Assembly (NCBI GenBank): GCA_037139515.1
Contig: JBAXGH010000006.1
Location: 1 to 55,089, forward strand
DNA from: a bacterium
Lineage (GTDB): Bacteria > Patescibacteriota > Patescibacteriia > JBAXGH01
Direction: 5' to 3'
Length of the DNA stretch: 55,089 nt
In this document: positions 30,386-38,212 of the stretch, piece after piece
Layout of the letters: every line of letters begins with the position of its first letter
How positions within the stretch are numbered: position 1 is the stretch's first letter
Notes under the pieces: generated by a model
Told to the model about the DNA's origin: nothing
The model's database searches: none
Seen by the model: only the letters and a program-made list of their open reading frames with translations
Program-made: the position numbers and the translations under genes

Positions 30386-30559
30386 ACTCGCCCGCCGCTT
30401 CCTCTTTCGAAGCCCGCGGGTCGGTGAAATTTTATTTACTGGCAGTCTTCGCTCGCCAGGCGTCCGGGAACTGCCCCCAGATTTTAACGAAGCCTGTGAC
30501 CCGGGCCGTCGGGGCGAGATACTTGACTCGCAACGTTTAGACTTCTTGGCCGGATGGGT

Positions 30560-30937
30560 TCAGGTCTTGGGCACCGACGGAATCACTTCCGCCGGCAGGT
30601 CGCGCAAGACCTTCTTCACCTCCTCCGTTTGACCGGTGAGGCTGAAGTAGTCCTTGCATCCCTGGCGCTCCTCGGCGCTATCCACTTCCTTGAGTCCCAT
30701 CCTTTCCACCGCAATCGCTCTTCCCAGACACCACTGCCCCATATTTTCCGGGGCGAGCGGCTCGAAGAAGAACATCTGCAGGGCGGCCATGACTATCGCG
30801 CTGAGGCTCATCTGTTTCTCCGCATGCCTCACCATCCCTGGCGAGGACTTGTGATTTTGGAGCTCCTTGCTCCGCCGAAGAGCCTGGTTTGTCAGGCGCT
30901 TGAGTGGAGCAAGGAGTCTTTCGAGTTGGTCTGTCAT
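30560..30937 (-). CDS. Hypothetical protein, nearly leaderless
   Basis: ATG 13 nt downstream of a consensus -10. Confidence 0.6.
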   Translation of the reverse strand: MTDQLERLLAPLKRLTNQALRRSKELQNHKSSPGMVRHAEKQMSLSAIVMAALQMFFFEPLAPENMGQWCLGRAIAVERMGLKEVDSAEERQGCKDYFSLTGQTEEVKKVLRDLPAEVIPSVPKT

Positions 30938-30950
30938 CTCGCTGGGCAGG

Positions 30951-30979
30951 ACTATAACATAAACTTTTAATTATGTCAA
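30951..30979 (-). promoter_or_regulatory. Sigma70 promoter
   Basis: TTGACA-17bp-TATAGT. Confidence 0.85.
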
Positions 30980-31117
30980 GTGTCAGGTGTACATGGCAAG
31001 TTTATTTATCTAAAATGAGCCGATTTATAAACTAATAAACAACATGACTGTCCGTGATAGTGTATTTGAAAATTGAAAAATCACCACTCTTGATGGTGAT
31101 TTTCATCGACAAATCCA

Positions 31118-31387
31118 TTATCTCAACTTTCGATAGATCGAATGGTCTCCAACGCGCAATAATTCGACGATATTCCCCTCCTTAAATCGAAATGCAACTC
31201 GATTGTGATAGTCGACGCTGAAGGACCAGCGATTTTTATGATTTGAAAGCTTGTGCGTTTTGAGAAGTGGATGAAACGGATTTTCTTGAAAAAGACGCCC
31301 GCGAACTTTTACCGATTCCCGGATAGAGACGGGCAGTTTTTTGTAATCGCGTTTAAACTCCGGGGCATAAAATATTTCGTATCCCAT
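31118..31387 (-). CDS. Type II toxin, RelE/YafQ family mRNA interferase
   Basis: FKRDYKKL...NPFHPLLKTHKL...WSFSVDYHNRV...VGDHSIY. Confidence 0.9.
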   Translation of the reverse strand: MGYEIFYAPEFKRDYKKLPVSIRESVKVRGRLFQENPFHPLLKTHKLSNHKNRWSFSVDYHNRVAFRFKEGNIVELLRVGDHSIYRKLR

Positions 31388-31395
31388 ATATACGA

Positions 31396-31671
31396 TTAGG
31401 CATCCAGATCATCCCAATTTTTCAGCTTTTTAGCCTTCCCGGCATCACACAATCGTTCAGCTTCAGCGACAAGTTTATCTAGATGCTTCATATCGTAGGC
31501 ATAACTATCTGCAACGAGAGCATTATAAGTTTCAACGTCTAACATCACCGCCTCGGGAACGCTGTTATTGATAATGAGAACCGCATCATGGCTTTTCTTG
31601 GCAGAGTCAATCACGGCACGATAGTTTCGCTGCAAATCCCGCACGGAATATGTTTGGGTAATAGATGTCAT
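31396..31671 (-). CDS. Type II antitoxin, Phd/YefM family
   Basis: SVRDLQRNY...VLIINNSVPEAVML; directly upstream of the toxin; TTGACT-17-TAGTAT promoter. Confidence 0.9.
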   Translation of the reverse strand: MTSITQTYSVRDLQRNYRAVIDSAKKSHDAVLIINNSVPEAVMLDVETYNALVADSYAYDMKHLDKLVAEAERLCDAGKAKKLKNWDDLDA

Positions 31672-31726
31672 ACGCTGACATACTATTGTATGTAAAATTA
31701 TAAGTCAAGAAACTATCCTCAAATCA

Positions 31727-31775
31727 AAAACCCCATCAGAGACTTCGAGGATGCTTGAAGCTTCTGATGGGGTTT
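31727..31775. repeat. Intergenic palindrome family member
   Basis: AAAACCCCATCAGA...TCTGATGGGGTTTT; near-identical arms at 32504-32549. Confidence 0.75.
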
Positions 31776-31855
31776 TGCATTTTATCCTGCCCTATCGAAG
31801 CTCAGAAATATTTCCGAGTTTTGATAGGGAGAGAAGGCCGGAGAACTCGAAGTTC

Positions 31856-32266
31856 TCAACGCCTTCCCACTGACCCGCGAGCGAGCGGGATCCTTTGATC
31901 AGGGTCGATGGTCACGGTCCGGATTCCGATTCGCAGGGCGAGGTGGCCCTTCGTATCCCGAACGTACCAACCGCTCTGTTTCGAGCATTGCGCCCTACCA
32001 AAAACCGCTTCGCCGGTTCCAGTCGAGATTTTGATCTCGACGCACTCCATCTTTCGATGGAGACGACGGAACTCGTCGATGCAGTAATAGTAAGCGCACC
32101 ACTCGCCTTTCTCGAGATGCGGCTCGACAAAATAGTCCGAGCCGCCGTGGAGTGCGCAAGTCTCCACTATCTGTGCGGCCTCTCCAGCCCACTCGTCGGC
32201 ATGGGCCTGCAACTTGCCCCACACCTTCGGCGACGAAGCGGCCACGATTTTGATGTGTGTACCCAT
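31856..32266 (-). CDS. Hypothetical protein
   Basis: GGAGGATTC-ATG; 5' UTR shared with 27613-28140. Confidence 0.65.
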   Translation of the reverse strand: MGTHIKIVAASSPKVWGKLQAHADEWAGEAAQIVETCALHGGSDYFVEPHLEKGEWCAYYYCIDEFRRLHRKMECVEIKISTGTGEAVFGRAQCSKQSGWYVRDTKGHLALRIGIRTVTIDPDQRIPLARGSVGRR

Positions 32267-32588
32267 GAATCCTCCTGTGCCTCGGTTTTCAAGCGAGGAC
32301 TTGTGAGGGTGTTTGTTGCCGGCAATGACCGCTTGCCAAGCGCCCCGGAGCTTCCCCGGAGTATTACGGCCGAATATGTCGGCATCAGTTTGCGACTCAT
32401 GATCGTAGACGGGATTTGTGCACCGATATTCCGGTACACCCGTTCGTTCGATCAGAGCCATATATTTTCAATTTTGTCTTATTCTGAGATTTTGATTTTC
32501 ACCAAAACCCCATCAGAAGCTTCAAGTGTTCTTGAAATCTCTGATGGGGATGGGAGTATCGTGAGACTCCCGGCTCTTTGCATGCCTC

Positions 32589-32990
32589 TCAGTGATCCTT
32601 TTTCTTCGCCGTGAAGTACTTCATTTGAACATACTTGGCGAGAGCGAGGATAACGAGTATCGGCGTGCAAACCTCGCGGAACACCGGCATGCACAACAGC
32701 ATGATGCCGGTCACGGCGAGCCAGAACGTAATGCTCTTCAGGCATTCCTCATGGAGGATACCCAAGGGCACCGCGCCGATCATGGCGCCGACAAGAATCT
32801 GTCGGCTGCCATCGTCTGCGTTTGTCGTGAAGAATACGACAACTCCGGCGAGGACCGCGACCGCGAGCGCGATGAAGGCGCCCTGCCGGATCGCCGCCTC
32901 CGCCGGGGTGTGGTGCCGCGTCGCGACGATGGTCGCAACAAGAATCGCGAGCGGAACCAACCACCACATGGAAACGATGAGCTCAGCCAT
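32589..32990 (-). CDS. Small multi-pass membrane protein
   Basis: About four hydrophobic segments; AAAGGA RBS. Confidence 0.7.
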   Translation of the reverse strand: MAELIVSMWWLVPLAILVATIVATRHHTPAEAAIRQGAFIALAVAVLAGVVVFFTTNADDGSRQILVGAMIGAVPLGILHEECLKSITFWLAVTGIMLLCMPVFREVCTPILVILALAKYVQMKYFTAKKKDH

Positions 32991-33467
32991 GGTGCGTTCC
33001 TTTCCGGAGCCTGTGGCTCTCAAGGGTGGGTCCAAAGAACTTTACTTCGCGCGAGGGGACAGTCCCCTGCGGCTTTGGGGACGGTCCCCGTCGCGCGAAT
33101 TACCATTTCATCCAGAATAGAGGGATGGAAAGCATTCGGGGTTCTGACTTCGTTCGGCGGGCGCCCCTATAAAGAAGGCAAGTTGCCGAAATCGGAGACG
33201 TACTGACCGGTGCTTCCAACACTCTATTCTGAGCGAAATACGTTTGTCAAAGACTGCAAACCTTTTTCTGACAAGCAATATAACACATTCCGGCAAACAT
33301 GTCAAGAGATTACTTAACGCTTTATCAGCAATAACTTATTATACGGCTTATATAAGCTATTATTTGTATGTTATCTTCAACGTACAAAGTATACTTTTAC
33401 GATATATCAAAACACCTGGCATTAAAGTCAGGTGTTGACAAATTATGACAAGTGTGTTAGTATACTG

Positions 33468-33807
33468 TTACGCACAACCAGAACATCGACTCGCGATGGT
33501 CGCGGAACCGGTGACTTTACAGAAGTGCGTAGAATTCGGAGACCGAAATGATCGGCGGAAACTGCTAGGCAGGAGAAAACACGAGAAATTAGAAAAACTT
33601 TGCGCCCCCTGGCAGGAGCGCAAGTAACAGTCTCATGACAAGCTACTTGCCTTCGAGGCTGTGAAGGAAAAACTCAAAGCATCCCCACCTACCGCTTGCT
33701 CCCGATCCCCCTTTGCCAGGAGGTGACCCATGATCGGTGCATAGCACCACCCTACCGCCGAGCGTAACATCCACTAGGGATGCGAAACTCGACGCGGGTG
33801 GTTTTTT
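33468..33807 (+). ncRNA. Candidate structured ncRNA (~340 nt)
   Basis: TTGACA...TAGTAT/TATACT promoter at 33435-33466, 3' hairpin with T tract, internal stems. Confidence 0.45.
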
Positions 33808-34583
33808 TATTCCTTGACTTCTAGTCTTGCCACTTCTTTGTGAGCAAGCGAGAATAATTTTCTCATTGCATCAGCAATGGCTTTATTTTCCATTATCACT
33901 GAATACATTTTTCCTTCGAAAGTTACAAACATTATTTTATTACCGTAAACTGCGATATTCGCCTTAAACCTTCCCATTTCTGCCGGAAGATATCTTAGCG
34001 CACATTCATCATTTTTTTCACCTGATAAAACCCCTAACGCTTCAACCGGCTCTCCGCCAAAATATATTCCACGCACACAAGATTTTGCCTTTATTACTGA
34101 CTCCTTCAATGGCTTTAGCTCTCCCGGCATAAATGTCGCTCGAACGGCTTCGATGTCAGAAATCTCATCAATCTGCTTTGACTGCGCGGACTGCATGTCT
34201 GCAAGGATATTCCGCACGCCCTCTTTACCCTCAAACATGCGCACGATTGGCTTTTCACCGCCCAAAGACAATTCCAATTCCGGAACCACGCGTTCGAGCT
34301 CCGAAATTTTTTCTTTCATCTCAACCTCGCGGCGGCGCGCATAGGCGAGTAATTTCTCCGGATGTTCGGCGGCAAATAACTTTTTCTTTTCAACCATGAC
34401 GCTCGCCATGATGCCGCGCGCAATCAAAGATTCGATCGCGACATAAACCGCCTGACGCGATAATCGTGTTGATTTTGTTAGCTGAATCACGGTTCCCGGA
34501 CCATGTCCGAGCGCCGCCATGTAAGTCTTGATTTCGCTCTCGAGAAGTCCGAGCGACTGGAGAATTGGCTTGATGTCTTTCAT
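33807..34583 (-). CDS. TrmB-family transcriptional regulator (paralog of 15022-15813)
   Basis: LGLLESEIKTY...TRLSRQAVY; FEGKEGV. Confidence 0.88.
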   Translation of the reverse strand: MKDIKPILQSLGLLESEIKTYMAALGHGPGTVIQLTKSTRLSRQAVYVAIESLIARGIMASVMVEKKKLFAAEHPEKLLAYARRREVEMKEKISELERVVPELELSLGGEKPIVRMFEGKEGVRNILADMQSAQSKQIDEISDIEAVRATFMPGELKPLKESVIKAKSCVRGIYFGGEPVEALGVLSGEKNDECALRYLPAEMGRFKANIAVYGNKIMFVTFEGKMYSVIMENKAIADAMRKLFSLAHKEVARLEVKE

Positions 34584-34589
34584 ATGGAG

Positions 34590-34659
34590 ATTAGGGCGTA
34601 GGGTTTAGGCCGTAGGCCGTAGCTTTACTACGCCCTACGGCCTGTGGCCTATCGCCTAC
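34590..34659. repeat. Short (~7 nt) degenerate tandem repeats in inverted arrangement
   Basis: TAGGCCG/CGGCCTA units; similar tracts at 37338-37371, 36763-36793 and 52089-52119. Confidence 0.6.
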
Positions 34660-34661
34660 CA

Positions 34662-35060
34662 TTATAACGTGAGACGTTTCGCGAGCTCAACCGGAGTTTC
34701 GTGAATCATCTCGCCCTGAATTATTTTCACCACTTTTTTGCGCATTTCCGAAGTTAAACCAGTTTCAAAAACACTTTCCAATTTCGCTGGAATAAATATA
34801 AAAATCTCGCTCACCGCCGCAACCTGTTTTGCGATTTCACTCATAGCGGCTTTCAAAACATGATCATGAAAAACGTGTGGCTGTAAGTTTTTATTCGGGT
34901 TACCAGCATCAATCCCATCGTATCCTTCCGCCGGCACTTCAATCGAAAAAACATTATGAGCCTCATCCCCTTTTACCAAATATCCCTTCGCGTGAAGCTG
35001 ATCGACCGTCACAAACAAAGCTGAGTTCGGAAAATGGCGAATACCGGATGGGATTTTCAT
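34662..35060 (-). CDS. Hypothetical protein, possibly host-attachment/baeRF-like
   Basis: Pattern ALFVTVDQLHAK...IFIFIP...L...KKV...G...H. Confidence 0.6.
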   Translation of the reverse strand: MKIPSGIRHFPNSALFVTVDQLHAKGYLVKGDEAHNVFSIEVPAEGYDGIDAGNPNKNLQPHVFHDHVLKAAMSEIAKQVAAVSEIFIFIPAKLESVFETGLTSEMRKKVVKIIQGEMIHETPVELAKRLTL

Positions 35061-35210
35061 ATAGAGATAGATTAATAATTGATCGCCAAGATCCCTCGGC
35101 TTCGGGATGACAGCAGACTCATCGAAATCTTAGCATAAAAAAAGAGAGCCGTGCGCAACTCCGCGCTTAGCTCCCGTATCCACGATCACGATACCCGCCT
35201 CGCGCGAGCT

Positions 35211-35546
35211 TCAAACGAACTTGAGCACCATGCCCTCGAATGCGGGCAAGAAGACCCTGATGCTTCCGCTGACTGTCCTTTCACCGACCTCGTACCTGCC
35301 ACGCACATCGTCTCCGTTTGTTGCTGTTCCCTGGAAGACGATCACTTCGACGACCTCGCCTTCCTTGTTGTATTCCCTGGAGTCTTGGTACGCGTCGATT
35401 TCGAAAAGGAACTTCTCTTTCGTGCCCTTCCTGCTGCGCCGCACCGTCATCTCGACTGGCACCTGACGCTGGTACGCGTCAACGAAGAAATAGCCTTTCG
35501 GCGCCTCGAGGATTGTAAGCAACTGCTTTGCCTTCTGCCTGGTCAT
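35211..35546 (-). CDS. Hypothetical protein
   Basis: AGGAG RBS; TTGACA-17-TACCGT promoter upstream. Confidence 0.6.
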   Translation of the reverse strand: MTRQKAKQLLTILEAPKGYFFVDAYQRQVPVEMTVRRSRKGTKEKFLFEIDAYQDSREYNKEGEVVEVIVFQGTATNGDDVRGRYEVGERTVSGSIRVFLPAFEGMVLKFV

Positions 35547-35703
35547 CGGACCACTCCTGGGCTATGCCCGGTTGTTTGTGAACCAAGAAAACGGTAACCC
35601 ATATACATCTCTATGTCAAGCAGAGTTGACACATATGCCATTTTCTGCTAAGTTTGGACCAGGACTTTTAGGTCAATACTCACAAAAAGACACGGAGGTA
35701 ACG

Positions 35704-36603
35704 GTGAAAATGCCCGCGATGGCAATATTTGCCACCAGCATCACCGTATTGGTTATGGCACTTGGATGCGAAATACTCCCGAATGCCGAAGCGAACACTC
35801 CTTCGGCGACGGACGTCCCCCCAATCAAGGAGGCGAAGCCTGGGAAGTCGAAAAAGAAGACTCCTGCAAAGAAGACGCCAACAAAAGTGACGCCGAAAGT
35901 AGCTCCCAGCGCTCCAAAGACACGGACTCAAAAGGTCGTCGAGATTACCGCGGGTGACGACCGGATTGATCCAGGTGGCTGTGTGCACGCCTACGAAGTG
36001 AGCGAACCCGTCACGAATTACTGGCTCAAGCGCGCTTCCTGCACCATCCCCGGGCTCAGAGCCAGGGGCAATAAAGAAATCCAGCTCCTTTATCCGGCAT
36101 CACTCACCGACCTGTCGATTTTGAAGGTTCCAAACCTGACCAAGGCGCTGCTTTCAAGCCTTGCGGGCTGGCGTTGCGATCCGAACTCACCAGGCTGCAC
36201 GAACAAGTTTCACAAAGCCTGGGATATTCGCGCAAAACCGAATGAACCAGTTCACGCATCAGCGACTGGCACCGTGATTGAAAAGTACTGGGACGGCGCG
36301 CCATCAAGTTTTCCGAAAGATGTACAAGGATGCGGTAATACGCTCACTATCCAGCTCGAGAATCGCCCGGATGTGCGCGTGACCTACTGTCATCTCTCGA
36401 GCTACGCCTCCGGTCTCAAAAAGGGAGACCACGTCACTCGAAGCGAGATCATCGGTTATGCCGGGAGCACCGGGAACGCCACCGGAACCTGCATTCACAC
36501 GCAGGTTGAGATGAAGACACCTCCTCCGGGATGCCAACTCGTCTCGAACCGTAACCTAGTCAACCCGTTTTGCGTCGACTGGGATTTCATCTACAAACCC
36601 TGA
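35704..36603 (+). CDS. M23 family peptidase, predicted lipoprotein
   Basis: HKAWD (HxxxD), PVHASATGTV, YCHLS, IGYAGSTGNATG; lipobox-like ALGC. Confidence 0.85.
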   Translation: MKMPAMAIFATSITVLVMALGCEILPNAEANTPSATDVPPIKEAKPGKSKKKTPAKKTPTKVTPKVAPSAPKTRTQKVVEITAGDDRIDPGGCVHAYEVSEPVTNYWLKRASCTIPGLRARGNKEIQLLYPASLTDLSILKVPNLTKALLSSLAGWRCDPNSPGCTNKFHKAWDIRAKPNEPVHASATGTVIEKYWDGAPSSFPKDVQGCGNTLTIQLENRPDVRVTYCHLSSYASGLKKGDHVTRSEIIGYAGSTGNATGTCIHTQVEMKTPPPGCQLVSNRNLVNPFCVDWDFIYKP

Positions 36604-36801
36604 CCTTCAAAGCCCCGCAGCACCTCGTTTTCGAACGATGTGCCCGGGGCTTGTTTAATTACAGCCGTTTTGTTATATTTCAACCACTAATTAATAGGTA
36701 TGGCCGGGCTTTAGCTCAACCATACCCGAACAGAAGTGTTTCGTGGCTGTGTTTAGATGTTTCTCTAACCTCTAAGCTCTAAGCCCTAAGCTCTTCCCGC
36801 T

Positions 36802-37065
36802 ATGTTAGACAAGAATAAGAAGGAGAAACTGATTGAAAAGTTCGCCATCCACAAGAACGATACCGGCTCGTCCCAGGTGCAGATCGCGATTTTGACCGAA
36901 GAAGTCAAAGAACTCACGAAGCACTTGAAGATGCACAAGAAAGATTTCAGCTCGCGCCGCGGTCTTATCAAGAAAGTCGGTGAACGCCGACGCTTGATGA
37001 AATACTTGGAACGCGAAGATAAAAAAGGCTACGAGAAACTCATGAAGGCTCTCGGACTTGTCTAA
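36802..37065 (+). CDS. rpsO: 30S ribosomal protein S15
   Basis: DTGSSQVQIAILT...HKKDFSSRRGL. Confidence 0.98.
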   Translation: MLDKNKKEKLIEKFAIHKNDTGSSQVQIAILTEEVKELTKHLKMHKKDFSSRRGLIKKVGERRRLMKYLEREDKKGYEKLMKALGLV

Positions 37066-37392
37066 ACACTCCTCGAAAGCCTCGACATATCTTGTTGGGG
37101 CTTTCGAACTACACGGGAAGTTTTCGCGAGCGCGGTATGGCTTACTCTGCGGCGGGCAAATTGGGAGCGCATTGCCCGGCGCAGAGTACGACCATAATCG
37201 CTCGCCAACTTCGGACCTACATCTCGAATGCTCCTGCAACAAGCTCATCGCACCTCAAAATATTTTTACAAACCCGCTACTCTGCATTCGTTCGCTCGGT
37301 CGCGGGAACGAAATAAAACACACATTTTTAAAGACGTTACTACGCCCTGCGGCCTACGGCCTACGCCCTAGTCTCCACGGCCTTTCCCCACT

Positions 37393-38049
37393 ATGCCACA
37401 CAATTCTCGTCATCCAATGCAACATCCAGAACAGCGCGTCGGAATTTTCATCGATGTTCAAAACATGTACTACAGCGCCCGCAATCTTTTCGATGCTAAA
37501 GTGAATTTTGCCAAAATCGTGGAACGCGCGCTCGCCGACCGCAAACTGGTTCGCGCTATCGCCTACGTCGTCCGCACCAAAACTCGCGAGGAACAGCCTT
37601 TCATCGACGCGTTACAAAAAGTCGGTATCGAAACCAAAGAAAAAGAAATTCTTGAATACGCGGGCGGCGCTAAGAAAGCTGATTGGGATGTCGGCATCGC
37701 GGTTGATGCCATCCGCATGCACGAAATTCTTGATGTCATCGTAATCGTTTCCGGCGACGGCGACTTCGTGCCGCTCCTCGAATATTTGAAAGGTCACGGT
37801 CGTCAGGCCGAAGTTATCGCCTTCCGCGAAACGACTTCGACCATGCTCGTTGATGCCGCCGATGTTTACACGAACATGAGCGAAGCTCCGGAAACTTTCC
37901 TTATCAGCGGCAATCGAACTCCGCGACGCCCTCTCAAAACCGAAAGCAACGAAGAGCTAAATAATGACTTCGCAAACTCCGACGATGACGAGAAGGCTCC
38001 GGCCCCGCAACCATCCGCCTCGCATAAAACAGAAAAGTGGGCACTCTAG
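37393..38049 (+). CDS. NYN domain protein (LabA/DUF88)
   Basis: IFIDVQN, KADWDVGIAVD, SGDGDF. Confidence 0.92.
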   Translation: MPHNSRHPMQHPEQRVGIFIDVQNMYYSARNLFDAKVNFAKIVERALADRKLVRAIAYVVRTKTREEQPFIDALQKVGIETKEKEILEYAGGAKKADWDVGIAVDAIRMHEILDVIVIVSGDGDFVPLLEYLKGHGRQAEVIAFRETTSTMLVDAADVYTNMSEAPETFLISGNRTPRRPLKTESNEELNNDFANSDDDEKAPAPQPSASHKTEKWAL

Positions 38050-38212
38050 GTTGTCATTCTGAGCGCAGCGAAGAATCATGCCTTGATCCTTCGCCAAGCT
38101 CAGGATGACAACACCATTCGGTGAATAGCACCTGAAACTTATTCATCATTCGTCACGAGAGATCGAGACCTCAAACGGTCTTTCCTCTCGTGATGAGTGC
38201 TTATAGATATCT

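Noticed and set aside
27536-32549. CRISPR array
   Set aside because: The repeats are degenerate, irregular and hundreds of bp apart; no cas genes
36700-36800. S15 autoregulatory leader
   Set aside because: The position is plausible, but I could not match it to a known leader structure by eye
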